Shown here: in pieces, positions 42,811-58,070 of the stretch | Position numbering within the stretch: position 1 is the stretch's first letter | Layout of the letters: every line of letters starts with the position of its first letter | NCBI RefSeq assembly: GCF_009914755.1 | Contig: NC_060927.1 | DNA from: the human T2T-CHM13v2.0 reference genome, Homo sapiens | Length of the DNA stretch: 64,000 nt | Strand: one strand, 5' to 3' | Made by a program: the position numbers and the translations under genes | Notes under the pieces: model-generated | Database searches by the model: none | Told to the model about the DNA's origin: nothing | Seen by the model: the letters and a program-made list of their open reading frames with translations, nothing else

Positions 42811-44060
42811 TTTGAAAGCCGAGGAAATAACCTTGCTGATAAAATCGCAAAGCAAGCTGCCATCTCTCAAAAAGCATCTATTTTCCACCTGACTCCCTGT
42901 CTCTCTCTCCCAGTTACAATCCCTATCTTCTCTCCTGCTGAAAAAGAAAAGTTAGAGAAACTTAGGGGCTAAGGAAAACTCAGAAGGGAAGTGGGTGTTA
43001 CCAGACCAAAGGGAAATGCTTTCCAAACCACTTATGAGAGAAATCCTGTCCCAACTACATCAAGGGACTCACTGGGGACCTTAAGCTATATGTGATGCAG
43101 TTCTCAGAGTCTATGGATGTATAAGAACTTATACCTTAGCAAAACAAGCTGTGGACAGTTGCCTAATATGTAAGAAAACTAATAAACAGGCCCTAAGAAT
43201 CTGGGGGGAGAAACCCAAGATTAAGGCCATTTCAAAGCATTCCAGTTGACTATACTAAAATACCCCCACTAGGTTACCTTGAATACCTAGTAGTAGTAGT
43301 AGACCACCTCACTCATTGAGTTGAAGCCATTCCTCTCCCCAGTGCAACAGCTAATAATGTGGTTAAAGTATTACTAGAGAACATAATACCTCGGTTCGGG
43401 CTAGTAGAAAACATTGACTGAGATAATGGGACTCATTTTACTATAAATATCATTAAAGGACTTACTCAAGCTTTAGGAATCAAATGGGAGTATCATACCC
43501 CCTGGCATCCATCCTCATCAGAAAGAATAGAAAGGATGAATCAGACTTTAAAAAATCATCTAACTAAGTTAATCTTTAAAACTCAATCACCTTGGACTAA
43601 GTGTCTCCCCATTGCTCTACTCAGAATCCGAACTGCCCCTCGAAAAGACGTTGGCCTATCTCCTTAAGAAATGCTCTACGGGTTACCATACTTAAGTTCC
43701 ACTAGTGACATTCCCACTTTTGAGACCAAAGATCAATTCCTTAGGAACTATATATACCTGGTCTGTTTTCTACCTTGTCTTCCCTTAGGACTAAAAGTCT
43801 CTTAGCGCAAACTCCGCCTCTTGAGTTTCCAGTCTATCAGCACCGGCCTGGAGACTACGTCCTCATTAAGAGCTAAAAAAAAGAGAAAGTTGAACCGTCC
43901 TGGCAGGGACCACATCTGGTGCTCCTAACAACTGAAACTGCAGTCCAAACCACTAAAAAAGGATGGACCCATCACACCCGAGTCAAAAAAGTGCTGCGCC
44001 CTCCAGCGTCATGGGCCATAGTCCCAGGGGAAAATCCTACCAAACTAAAGCCAAGGGAAG
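42810..44060 (+). pseudogene. pol: ERV pol remnant: RNase H C-terminus plus integrase
   Basis: FESRGNNLADKIAKQAA (RNase H end); HQGTHWG..CLIC zinc finger; VDYT, DNGTHF and ERMNQTLK (DDE); WQGPHLVLLTTETAV..GWTHHTRVKK (GPY/F region); stops and frameshifts. Confidence 0.9.
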
Positions 44061-45934
44061 TTTAACTCTCTGTCATCTATTCTATTACTCGTTCTTCTTT
44101 CCTTGTTCTGTTACTAGCCACTTCGTTATTAATGTAACTAGAGCAGACTCACCCCAGACCATTACCTTCGATGCTTGTTTAGTTATGCCTTGTGAAGATC
44201 TCCAAAGCCAGCGACAGTTTACAGCAGCAGAAAAATATTTCTGCCCCTCCACAGCAAATGCTTGTAAATTGTTTAGGTACCCGTTTTGTCATACTTAAAA
44301 ATATGTCGTTTGGACCACTCAAGACTGGGTCCCCTCAGAAGATTTCCCACTAACAGTTCTAAAGCCCTATATCCATTTTACTAAAAAAAGTGCCCCTCTC
44401 AATTGTCAATATAACCAATATGACCCGGTGCAAATTTCCATCACCATCCCGACTCTTCAAGATTCCTCCCCTACCCTAAACCATTTCTATGATATGAGAG
44501 CAAATATAACAGAAAAAGACCTCGTAGGATTTTTTGAGTTGCACTTCATCACATCCTCATCCCTCACATCTCCACCTCTATCCTCTTCTAAACCTGCTGA
44601 CCAGACCACTGTCTCTTCTCCACCTAATGACAAAACCAAAGTAGCTATTGTAGAGGTTAAAAATTTAAAACAAACACTGGCAATTAAAACAGGACACCAA
44701 GTTGCAAATGCCTAGATGGACTCTAAACAAAAGTGACTCTTAGGCTTGTGCGCACAGTAGGCCAGAGGCCCAGGTCATCCCCTTTTCACTTGGATGGTCT
44801 TCTGACCAACCAGACTTGAGCTGTATGGTGGCTCTTTTCCAAGACCCCACAGCTTGGGGTAATGAATTCTGTCGAATTCTCTCTCTGCTATTCCCTGAAG
44901 TTCAACACTCTGCGGATCAGCCCCTGAGGGCCATCTAGCCTCCATCTCCAGACGTGAATTTTACTTCGTGTCTCTCATGACAGGGAGAAAATTTGGCATT
45001 TCTTGGAGACCTAAAGGGATGCAGTGAGCTTAAGTCTTTCCAAGAGCTTACCAATCAGTCTGCCCTTGTTCATCCCCCAGCTGATGTATAGTGGTATTGT
45101 GGTGGACCCCTACTGGACACTCTGCCAAGTAACTGGAGTGGCACTTGTGCTCTAACTCAATTGGCCATCCCTTTCACCACGGCATTTCATCAACCAAAAA
45201 AAGGGAAACCACAATGCCATAAAACAAGAGAGGCCCCTCGTGGATCCTTCAACTCTCATGTCAATATAGATGCAACTGGAGTCCCAAGGGGGGTACCTGA
45301 TAGATTCAAAGCCCGAGACCAAATAGCTGCAAGATTCGAATCATTATTTCCATGGGTAACTATTAATAAAAATGTAGATTAGATAAATTGCATCTATTAT
45401 AACCAGCAGTGATTTATTAATTACACTAGGGATGCTATTAAAGAAATAGCCGAACAATTAGGGCCTACTAGCCAAATGGCTTGGGAAAACAGAATGGCCC
45501 TAGATATGATATTAGCAGAAAAAGGTGAAGTTTGTGTTATGACAGGAACCCAATGCTGTACCTTCATTCCCAACAATACAGCCCCTGATAAAACAATTAC
45601 AAAAGCTTTACAAGGTCTTACCTCCTTATCAAATGAATTAGCCACAAATTCTGGGATAAGCAACCCATTCACAGGATGGTTAGAGAAATGGTTTGGTAAT
45701 TAGAAAGGACTCATGGCCTCTATTGTTACTTCTCTTGCAATCACAATAGCTGTGCTTATTCTTGTTAGATGCTGCATCATGCTCTACATTTGTGGACTAG
45801 TCCAAAAACTTATAAAAACAGCTGTTACCAAAACCTTCCCCAGTTCTTTCCAATCTTATACTAATAAATTATTTGTCCTAGAAGAACAACAAAGCCGAAT
45901 CATGTTCGATAAGTTTGAAAAAGAAAATGTATAA
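44040..45934 (+). pseudogene. env: ERV env remnant
   Basis: Signal-like N-terminus, HKTR cleavage-like site, GVPRGVPDRFKARDQIAA, ISD WENRMALDMILAEKGEVC, CX6CC (CVMTGTQCC), TM anchor IVTSLAITIAVLILV; many in-frame stops. Confidence 0.92.
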
Positions 45935-45951
45935 ATTCAAGAGGGGGAAAT

Positions 45952-46378
45952 TGTTATTAAGACCAAACAGTTCTTCTCCAAAGGGTTTTGGTTCCTGGTT
46001 CTTTGTTCTATGCTAAAAGGTAATCATACCCATTCATCTATCAGCCCTCCCTCTCTCTGCTGTGCCCAAACACCCCAAGATGTACCATACCTGTCCTTCC
46101 TGTCAAACACCCACCCTCGCCTCCTTTGACGATGTCAATAGTAACCAATCAGAATTAGCCTAGATTGTGTGGTCCTACCCCAGCCCACAGGGGGAGGACA
46201 CAGGAACAGGGTCTGCATTAGGGACAAAAAACTCCTGCTCTCCTTTGTTTTATGTGCTCCCTCTTGCCTCTGCCTTGCATACAGAAAGTGCCCTTCTATA
46301 AAAGTAAATTGCCTTGCTGAAAGAACTTTTGCCTGAGTGCTGGGTTAACTTTGCAACACCGAAAATTTGTTTCTAATG
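45952..46378 (+). mobile_element. 3' LTR preceded by polypurine tract aagagggggaaa
   Basis: 427 bp; about 49 substitutions versus the 5' LTR by manual count, no indels. Confidence 0.95.
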
Positions 46379-46583
46379 CATAGGTAACTGAAAAATCCAG
46401 ACACATGCTGATTTCAGGCTCAGTTGAATGCAGGGGTTCAATCAATGTCACCAATTCTCAGTTCTGTTACGTGGGTTAGTTTCCTTCTCAGGGAAGATGA
46501 CTGATGGCCCATGGCTCCACGGCTACACCCTGGTAGGTTCAAGCCCAATGGGAAAGAAGGGCCCACTTCCCTCCCTCTCTCTG

Positions 46584-46875
46584 TTTTTTTTTTTGAGACA
46601 GAGTCTCGCTCTGTCACCCTGGCTGGATTGCAGTGGCACTATCTCGGCTTACTGCAGCCTTTGCCTCCAGGGTTCAAGCGAGTCTCCTGTATCAGCCTGC
46701 TGAGTAGCTGCGATTACAGGCGTGTGCCGCCACGCCTGGCTAGTTTTTGTATTATTAGTAGAGATGGGGTTTCACCATGTTGGCCAGGCTGGTCTCAAAC
46801 TCCTGACCTCAAGTGATCTGCCTGCTTTGGCCTCCCAAAGTGCCGGGATTACAGATGTGAGCCACCATGCCTGGC
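46584..46875 (-). mobile_element. AluS
   Basis: Antisense dimer with poly-T head. Confidence 0.9.
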
Positions 46876-49800
46876 CAGTCCCACCACATCTCTTGATCGG
46901 GTCCCAAGCTCGTTCCTGCACCAATCATCCCTCCAAGGAGAATTTGATGCCAGGCTTGCCTGATCAGTGGTTGACTGAACTCCACCCAAAATCATGTGGG
47001 CTGCAGTGGGAGACGAGAGAGTTGCCAGAGGGAAGCTGAGGTATTACTAGCAGTAGAAGGATAAACAGGTGAAAACACGGCAGCATCCACTGCACAGGCA
47101 AGCCCAGAAAGTCAGGAGTAACAGTGCATGGTGCCTGTTGTCTCTCATCAATTCCCAGAGCCTCCTGGGCTTTCCATCTGTTGTTCTTTGATCAGGGGAC
47201 TTTGGTTTGGCTTTTGGCTTCAGGGTTGGCCCCAGGCATAAGCACTACCTTTGTCCACCCTGCCTAGGCAGCTGGGAACCTCCCCCTCCTGCTGGCATCT
47301 CAAGAGTAGTGTCCTTGTTATTCTTTGTTGTGTGTCAGTGAGGACTTGTGCCCTGTTTCCTCAGGGACACATTGGAGATGGCAGAGCTGCAGGAGGCAGT
47401 GGCTGTGCAGTGCTCCTGAAGGCTTTGCCAGGTGTACTAGCTAACCATACAGGCAAACTTTGGTGCCACTGCTTACCAACTGGGCAGTAACTTGCCCTCC
47501 CTGTACCTTGTTGTTTCTCCTGAATCAAACAGAAATGGCAGCAGAACCCACTTTAGAGGGCATGGGGAACGTTAACTCTGGGGGTTGCCGCAGGGCACTC
47601 AACAGTGCTTGGAACACTGAAAGCTTTCCTTACACTTGTGTTTTCTTCTTTACTTTCTCTATCATGTTTCTGGATTGTGGGGCCCTGTGCTGGTCCAGGT
47701 TTTCCAAGAAACAGATGTTGAGATGGGATTTTATCAGGGGAAACACCAGTGAGAAAACATGGGCAGTAAAGTGGGGTAGACCAGGAGACATGTCAGAACA
47801 CAATGCCAGTGAAGGAGAGGGAAGGAAGGCTGAGTGGAAGCCCTTAGACCCCCATGCCGTAGGAGAGACTTCAAGTCAAAACAGGCCATCACAGGAGGAT
47901 CGCTTGAGGCCAGCCTGGGCAACACAGGGAGACCGTGCCTTTTAAACAACAGCAGCAATAGCAACAGAAGACTCCCAGGGTTTCCTTGGAATGGGCCTGC
48001 ATTAACAATACTCCTGCTGGACTGAGTTGGCTGGTGCTGCCTGCAGAAGGAGTGAACTCAGTGCAAACGCCAGGATGGGTTTCCTGAGTCCTTTACTCTT
48101 TCTGTAGTTGAGGGTCTGTGAGGCTTATCCTGTGGCCTCATAGACCCCTCCAGACTTTGAGATCGCACAGGGCTCTGGCTCATCCCCTGCTGGTAATCCC
48201 TGAGCCCAGCCTGACTGTGACCCACACAAGCATCCCTCAATGTGTGTGGGATGAATGAGCAGACTGGAGTCTGCAGTCCTGATGTGGATGGTTTTGAAGC
48301 TGGTTTCCTTGCACGGGAGAGTGCTCCAGTGTATTCTTCTCAATCTCCTTTCTTTCTGGAAATTAATGAAATGACTTCTTGTGAGCTCAGCTGGCTGGTC
48401 TGCACTTTCTCTTTGAGGGGAAACTCCTTTTATGTGTAAACTGCCCCAAGTGCCTTCTCAACTTGGCCCCTGCCACCATCTGAGCCATGTTCTCTACAAT
48501 CGCTCCCTTGCCAATAATGCCGCCAAAGCTACAACTGAAAATCAAAGAACATTTTTAATGAAAAAGACCCTTTATATCTCTTTTTTCTGCAAATCTACTG
48601 CAATAATTTTGAGACTGTTAGTGACATTTAACCCCTTCTAGATATTCCTACCCTAGGGGGAGGCTGTTCTTGCAATACGGTTTCAAATAGTAAAATCTCT
48701 TTACATTTCACCTGTGACCTTTTCTTTCATATAATGTCAACAATATAGAAAACAAATGTTTGAAGTTTCTGAGACAGGTTTTGGTGCTTGGATAACCACC
48801 ATTCTCGCCATTATTCATGTTCATTATTCAGGAAGTGTCTTCAGAGAACCTTTTTAATAAGGTTAATTTGCATATGCATGTCTCTTTTGTACTTCATGCT
48901 ATCTGAGCATAGCACACACTAACATTTTAAAAAATATTCTTTCACATTATGAAAATATTAAGAGGAATGTCTTAATTTAAGTATCCTGACAAACTGTTCT
49001 TCCTTGGTGAAGCGTAGAATGAGTGGCTGGCATTTGAAAAACAAGTTAGCCAAGAACAAAGCAAGCTTTGCTTCTGCAGGGAGAAGTGATAGCCCCTTGG
49101 CAGTCTTGTTTGGAACCTGCATCTATGAATCTTTAAGCACCTACTGGGACCAGAATTTTGCCTGCTTTATTTCTAATCATCATAGCATCCCTGCAACCTA
49201 GAGCGTATCACTTCCATTTAATAGACAGGAAAGTTAGTCTCAGCGAGACAGCTAACTTGCCCACTGTTGTAGGGTTAATAGCTGGTAGATCAGGGTTCTG
49301 CTCTCAGCTCTTTCTGAATGCAAAACAAGGCTGTGTCCCCCTTGCTGCTCCACAATTCACAGCAGAGGTGATTGTGTGACCTGGGGTGTCCTACCTAGAC
49401 TGACATTTGAATAAGAATGGGGGAGGCACACCCAGGCATCTACTTTTAAAATGCCCTCTTCCTTCCAAGTGATCTCCGTGTGCAGCTGGGGTTGGTGGAG
49501 AATGACTTCCCTGGGAGATGCAAACACACATCCACGGGCCACACTTGGCTAAAGTTGAGGAGGTTTAGTCTGAGACAGTTCTATCTTCCCCACGCGGGCT
49601 TGGGTGCAGTTCCGCGGCTTAGGTAGGGGGAGAAACCAAGATGTTTATGCTTAAAGGAAATTGGTTGAGTTTTAGCCCAAGAAACTTAGGCAAGATGTGC
49701 TTTCTGTCAGGGAAATGACTGTTCAGGGAAGCTCAATATCCCCGGATCCCCACTGTCTCTCTGGTAACAGCACACTGATTGTGTCTGGGGCAGCCAGCCT

Positions 49801-52733
49801 TCTCTCCTCCCTCACTATGAGTGCACCAACTGCTGCAGACTTAGGCGCATAACTCAACCCTGGCCAGTCAGGGCACAGTAGCTCCTGGCTCTGTGATTGG
49901 TTCAGGATGCTCACAAAACCCACGCCAAGAAGTCAGGTCCAATTTGCCAATCTGGGGATCATCGCTTGGATTTCAAAAGAGATGCGCTCCACTCCTCCTT
50001 CTCTCCCTCACTTCCCCTTGCTAGACTTGGGTCTGTGAAAGCCCCAAGCTGTCATGAGCCATCTTGGTTACACAAGGAAAGAGCCTGAGAATGGAGCCAG
50101 CACAGAGAAGTCAAGCTGAGAGATAGAGAGAGACCAAGTTCTGCATTGTTTAAGCCCCTGGATCCATTGAAGCTTGCTTATAAACTTCACAGTTATGGAA
50201 GACAGTAAATCCTCCTTTTTGCTTAAGATGGTTAAGGTTGCATTTTATGTCACTTACATCTGAAAAGAGTTCTAACTGATGCAAGATATCAGACATCACA
50301 CTCACGTCAATCTAAATAAAGGAAATATGCTTCTCTGGTAGTAATTACATTTAGCCAGTCATTCCATAAATATTTATTGAGCTTCTGCTGTGTGCCACTC
50401 ATTCTGTTACATGCTGTGGGAGATTCTGAGGCAGCCCTCAAGGGACAGATGGCCTGGTGGTAAGAGGACTGGAAGTAGAAGACAAAGGTAAAAGAAGGTG
50501 GAAAGGAAAGGTGCCCAGGAGATGCAGATCATAGGCTAAGGGATTCTGGGGGAGTGCTCTGAGAGAAGGCTAGGGAAAGGCTTCTCTTCTGATTGTGGGA
50601 CTGTGTCTTCCTGTCCTCCAAATCCCAGGTGCTCAGCTCAGCACCTGACACAGGATGAGTGCTCAGTGAATCCTTAAAGGGTGAATGGCTTTGTGGAAGA
50701 TGTGACACTGAGGAACAGGACAGCTGAACCCCTGAGCAGGGCCTCCAGAGAAAAGTTGAGCAGTCACAGATCCCTGCCCATAATTCATGCTGCCACACAG
50801 TCTGTTGGAAGAAGGAAGCCTTCACCATTTGAGTAGAGCGGCAAAGTCAGTTCCAACTAGATGTTCAACAGTGATCTGATTTCTATCCATTTGGTTAAAT
50901 GAGAACCTCCTAGGATCTGTCTTTGTCTTTGATTTTCTTGATAAATAGTCCTTTTTGAAGAAACAGAAATATGATCGTTAATTTTTTTCTGATTATAAGT
51001 TTTCTACGCTTACACAATTTTCATGGAATGCATTCAAGTATAAAGAAGAAACAAGCTCTCATAATCATATAACCAAGAAATAACCACTTCTAAGGAGCAT
51101 GCACACACACACACACACACACGCATACACAAAAATGGAAAAATTCTGATGTTTAAGTTAATCCACTTTAACATTATGCCATGTCTTTCCATGTCAACAA
51201 ATAGAGATGTATATTATTGTTTTAATGAGTGCTGAATATGTTATTGTAGTGATGAAGTAAAATTAATGGAACCAATTTTCTGTTGTTGGGCATTTAGGGT
51301 TATTCCAGTTTTATGCTATTATAAAACCACTGCTGTGAACGAACCTCCTTATAGCTAAAATAGTCCACATTTGAAATCATTTCCTTCAGATAAATTCCTA
51401 GAAGTGCAATTGCTGGGTCAAATGAGATGCACGTTTCTAAAGCTCTGTGGCACACGTGGCCAGACTGACTTTTGCTATTTACTCTCCCCAATACTGGGTG
51501 TTATCATTTTTCTTTTCTTTTTCCTTTTTTTTTTTTTTTTTTGCTATCTGAAGGATGGGGATATATAGACTTGCATAGGAGTGTCAGGTGAGGGGTCATG
51601 TTGATTTCTCCTGTTCCCTTTCCAGAGAGACTCCCTGACAAAGAAACCTTTCTCCTGGACATGGATCAGAGCAGAATAGCAGGTACCCCCTCTATGAACC
51701 TAGCCTCTAAGTTTGGAGGGGCTAGGAACATCACTTTGCCAGTCTCATGTTTCAGGAGAATTACCTCCTTTTCCCTTTAGTCCCAGGCCAGTGTTCCTCT
51801 GAGTGCTTAGGACACCAGGTTCTTGACATAGTGGAGAAACAGAGAGAGAATCAAACTGCTGGTCCTGTCAGCTGACTTGAGAAAGGAATGGGAGCTCCTA
51901 AGTCTCTCAATGATAGTAGGGTCATTTCATCAAGCCACAGTCCTAGGCAATCATGGATGATACTGGCAGGGGTTTTGTTAGAAAAAAGCCTAGTTTTATT
52001 CTTGCCACAATTACTATTCTTCCCTCTTTCTCCCCATTAAAGTTTAATGCTGCACTCTCAGCAAGGATGCTTTTCCTTAATTGATGGGCACTTCCTCAAC
52101 TGAACCATCACAGGGGATGCAGAATGACAACAAAGAGAAGACCCAGTGAGAGGAACAAGCTACCTCAACCCGGAGTGGTGCTCCTGAAAGTCTCTACAGA
52201 AGAATCCAGAACCAGTATCCCTCGTTCATTCAACACCTAATTACCGAGGTCCTTCTCTGAGACAGGCCCTGGGTTAGCTCAGAGATAGTTCGTAAAGACC
52301 ATTGCTCATGGTCTTTCTTCTGAGGGGATGTTCCTAAAATTCCAGGAGCTCAGTCATGTTGAAGTTCTATGGTGTGTGAAAAATCACAGGCCTTGGAATC
52401 ATGCGACCTGGGCTCCATTATTGCCTGAATGACGCTAACCCATCATTTCTCCTCTCGGCCTCAGTTTCTTCCTCTGTGAAACAGCATGGCAACAGTAACT
52501 TTACATAGAATTGTGAGGATTCAGCAGGGTGACCATAAAAAGTGCTTCACATAGAGCTTGATGCATAGTGAGCACTCAATAAATTTTAGCTCTGTGATGA
52601 TGATAATCTGTAAAATGAAGAGAATAATGCTAATCATATACAGGTGTTATAAAGATTAAATGAAATAAGGCTTGTTACGTAGCTGGTACCTAGACAGTGC
52701 TCATAAAATGGTAGTTTTAGGGCTATTTCTTTA

Positions 52734-53053
<320 letters not shown>

Positions 53054-53067
53054 TTAGAGACAGGCTC

Positions 53068-53392
53068 ATCTTCTTCTTCTTTTTTTTTTTTTTTGAGACA
53101 GAGCCTTGCTCTGTTGCCCAGACTGGAATGCAGAGGCACAATCTCGGCTCACTGCAAACTAGTGTCCCTGGTTTAAGTGATTCTCCTGCCTCAGCCTCCC
53201 AAGTAGCTGGGATTACAGACGCCCACCACCATGCCTGGCTAATTTCTTTGTATTTTTAGTAGAGATGGGGTTTTACCATGTTGGCCAGGCTGGTCTTGAC
53301 CAGGCTGGTCTCGAACTCCTGACCTCAGGTGATCTGCCCACCTCGGCCTCCCAAAGTTCTGGGATTATAGGCATGAGCCACTGTGCCCAGCC
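53068..53392 (-). mobile_element. AluS with a short internal duplication
   Basis: TSD gacaggctc(a/t)tcttctt; ccaggctggtct is repeated tandemly. Confidence 0.92.
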
Positions 53393-55060
53393 GACAGGCT
53401 CTTCTTCTTGAAGCATCTCCAGTAAAAGTGCAACAGGGAAGAAATAATTATTTCTTTATATTTGAGAATATAAAGTGTCTATCATTGCTTAGTAAATTAT
53501 AGGAGAATAGCAGAACTGATCTGGACAACAAGAGAGAGGGAGAAAATCTCTTAGAAATGGAGAGAAATAGGGCTGGTGACCCAAGGGCCCAAGGAGACTA
53601 CAACAGTCACTCTTGGTCAGAGGATAGGTGATGAATTTTCAGTAACTATTCGTGTCAAGCTTTAAGCTTGAAGTTTCCCCCCCACAGCCCTGAGCTGTAA
53701 TTACCCTCTGTTTACTCCAGATTTTGTAAAGGTCTTTTATACACACAACCTTGGATTGGTGGTGCTTGGGAAAGGAAACGGGGGAGGCTTTGCTCATGCT
53801 TAAGGAGAAAGGGCTGGAGACGAGCTCTGAGCACAAACTCAAAGCAAGAGGGAACAGGAGCTTGCATCTTTACCTCTTGGGAACAACTGTGGGACAATGA
53901 GGTGAGTCATTTTAGTTGGGTATTGAAGCAGAGGGTGACTGTCCCAGAAGGCTGAGGAATGCAAATAAACAAATTGAAATAAACCCTCAGGATGATTTGC
54001 TTATTAATTAGGTTTCTAGGAAGGTCTCTCGGTATCCAAACTACTTGGAAACAAAACAAAACAAAATACAACATATGCATGAGTGTCTGGAGAGTTAAGA
54101 ATGCCAATTTTTTTTTTCAGAAGCCGAGACTATTGGTGATTCTGCCACAGTAGAGAGATAAGCTCTGACGACTCAAAATTATATGTACATCAGCCTCAGG
54201 CATGGTTTCTAAAATGCTTTTCCAGTCCCAGAGGGACCAATTTGGCACTCAGGGCACATATTTGCCATGTGCCACCTCAAGCTTTGGCATCATAATCAAT
54301 GAAAAGGAGCTTAATGATGAATTAAAATACACTCTTTGGGTATAAATTACCTGCCATTTAAAGCAGAAAGTCCTCCTCACTTTGTTAGTTGGTTGTGGAA
54401 ATACCCAAAAGCCCTGTGCAGATTTGATCCACCCTAGAGTGAATGGATTAAGATTTAAGATGCAAGAGTGTCCTTGTTTATTTTCCCCCTTAGTGATCTG
54501 GCTTAATGATTTCTCCCTTCTCTGTGGCATTGCAAGGAATTGTTAAATACAGTATATGGCAAAATGGGAAGAAAGAACAGGGAAGAACATGGAAGGAAGA
54601 GAAAAACCTGATTAATCCATGACTTTTAAACCAGGGAAAGGACAGTGAGAGAAACAGGTGCAACATTTAGTTAGAGGGTAGGGAAAGAAATAGAGAGAAA
54701 GTGGGAGAAATGAATAAAGACTTGTGACAATAATGCAGAAATAGCCACTGTTTAATGAGAACCTACCATGTACTAGTGCTGGGCTAGCAAGTATGCCAAG
54801 TACAACAAGTAAAAGCAGGCTTGGTCCTTGTTCTCATGGAGCTTAGCCTCTGTGGTCTACACAACTGGACTAGGTTTCTGAGGCAAAGGTCATGTCCACT
54901 GATAGGCTGGGACCTCTCCAAACTCACCTTGCACCACTCTGTTCTCTATATTTTTTCATCGGTCATTCTGGAATCTTTTCAGTTCTTCCAGCCTGCCAGG
55001 CTCTCCTGCTGCCCACATACTCCCACATACTCTTCATTGCTTGAGAGCTCTTTGCCCCTC

Positions 55061-55781
<721 letters not shown>

Positions 55782-57429
55782 CCTGTCTTAACTGGCAATC
55801 TCCTTTTCAACTCAGCAAAGACTCTGTCTTCCTTCCGGAAACTTCCTTCACCCCAGGCTAGCTTAGAGCCTCCTGTTACATGTCCTCACAGTTCTCTGTA
55901 AGGCTTAATTAATACCTTGTAACTATTGGCTTCAGGCATGTCTTCCCCACTACTCTGTGATTTGCGACGTCACAGACAGTGGTTTGTTCACCAGTGCCTA
56001 GCACAGGGCCTGGCACGTGAGAAATGCTTGTTAAACATTGGGGAGGTGAAAGCCCTGTTCCTTACAGCCTAGAAGTTACGGGTCTTAATTTAATTTAATT
56101 TTTAGCTTTGGATTGTCAGTCTTTTTTTTTTTCTTGCTTCTATGGTATTTCTTGGTATTTGTTTATTAGTACATTTCGTTTTTACACACACCATCAAGGC
56201 AAAACAAAGGAGAAATGTGGCTCAAGAAATAAGCGAATTTTTTGTCTGACATAATAAGCAGGTCTTGGGAAAATAAAACATTTTCTTCAGGGGGAAGACT
56301 GGAGCATTGGTAAAGATGTTGCTGTAAATTCACTCGGACAGAGCGCTCCAGTTTAAACTCTATAGTATTAATCTATGATTAGGGCTTTTCTCATTTCTCA
56401 CATTTGAAAAGGAAATATACATTTTCATTGTGACTTTAGATTACTATGCTCTATGAAGGCTTTAAACCCAAGGACACTGAAAAGGAGAAAATCTGCACTA
56501 GAAAATACAGGCAAGGAAACATGCTTTTATGATGCTAAAAGCAGTGTGATGTCAGGGTGGACAGATACATTTCTATGGAAAGTTGCACCCCCTTGAATGC
56601 CAGAGAGCACCCAGATGTATTAGTCTGAGGAAAATTTACCAGTGCCATAGTCTACCACAGAGAGCCAACTAAATGAAGTATGATTCTTACAGTGGCCTTT
56701 CAGAAACTGTAAGTGCCTACAAGTGGCCTATAAAGGGTGAATGATTAACATAGCCCCTGAGTGAAAATCATAGACGCTCTGTAGCTGATTTCACTAAATC
56801 CAGCAGTGATTAAAATAGCTGATAACCCAGTGAGAATCTTATGTGGCACAGGAAGAGGTATAAGAACATTTAGAGACCCATAGACCAGGATTCCAGACCT
56901 AACTCTATAGCTTACAAAGGAGAGGGCCTCGGGAGAATCACCCGTCCCCATGATCTTCACTTCCCTTCCTGTAAAATGGGTTTAATAGTCCATAGGCACA
57001 GGATGGCTTTATAGAACACCCGGCCCAGGGTCAGTGGGGGCAGCCGGTTTCCGCCTTTGTTCTCTCTGCTACCAGTCCTTGAGGGCCCAGTTTCCAGGCC
57101 TGGGCGGCACAGCCGTCAGCCAGACAGTCCAAGTGGGACCCTCTAGCTGAGGCTAATTATGAAGAAGGTTGGTAGGGTGAGAAAACTGTTTTATTCCACT
57201 TTGAAGGTTTGGTTTATTAGAAGCAGAGCCCTGAGGGGATTCGAAGGGCTATTAGGAAGTTCAAATACTGTCTTGGGTACAAAATGCAGTGATTTCTGCG
57301 GGTCAATTTTTCCTCCGACTAAAAGCACTTAGCGGTGGGGGCAGGGGTAAACGAGGCCACAGTGAGAAAAACATTGAGAAGAAAGGGAAAAAGAGCCGTG
57401 CACCAGGCTGACCAGCTCCAGACCGCTGA

Positions 57430-58070
57430 GTTCTTAAAAAATAAAAAGGAGCCAGATCCGCAGCCGCTCTGCCCGTGACCTCCTGGCAGGCAGCTCAGAG
57501 AAGAGGCGCGTCTTAGCAGCCCAGAGTCAGTGTGTCCGCGGGCGGCTCCCAGTCCCCGGGACATGGGGCTGGGGTCCTGGGATCGCAGGACTAGCGGCAC
57601 ACCCTACGGGCCGCACGCTGAGGGTGGGTGGCCCCACGCAGTCCCCGCCGCCGCGGGGGCCCCTCGCATCACAGGCCCGCCGCTAATTGACCTGCTGTTT
57701 TCTTCATTTCCTGGTTGATGGCTTTTCTTCCCGAGCCATCTGGGACCCTGCGGGGAGAGTCCCGCCCCTCCCCGAGGGCACCAGCCGGCTCTCTCTGCCA
57801 TCCTGGCCAGCCAGCAGAGCCCGGCATGTTCAGATGCGTGGGGGAGCGGGCACGGGCCAGGCCGCCGCCCGCCTGAGCTCGCCCGAGGTCCGAGGAGCCC
57901 TGACGCACCCGGGCCCCTGGGCGGCAGCGTGGAGCCTTCCTTTGAGCGTCCCCACGGCTACCCCCACGTCGGTGGCTTCCGCCAGGGGACCTCAGCCAGC
58001 CTCAAACTAACTATTCTTGCCTTCTGGGACAGAACCCATTCTTCCCAAGCACCGACAGCGCGCCAGGCTC
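57430..58070. promoter_or_regulatory. CpG island, probable promoter/first-exon region
   Basis: Very high GC and CpG content over ~600 bp; GC box cccgcccc (57761-57768); ETS core atttcctgg (~57706); A/T-rich TATA-like ttaaaaaataaaaa (~57434). Gene not recognised. Confidence 0.8.

Noticed and set aside
44428-45934. Possibility of a domesticated, syncytin-like env
   Set aside because: The env is broken by many stops and frameshifts; the longest open pieces are only ~100 aa.
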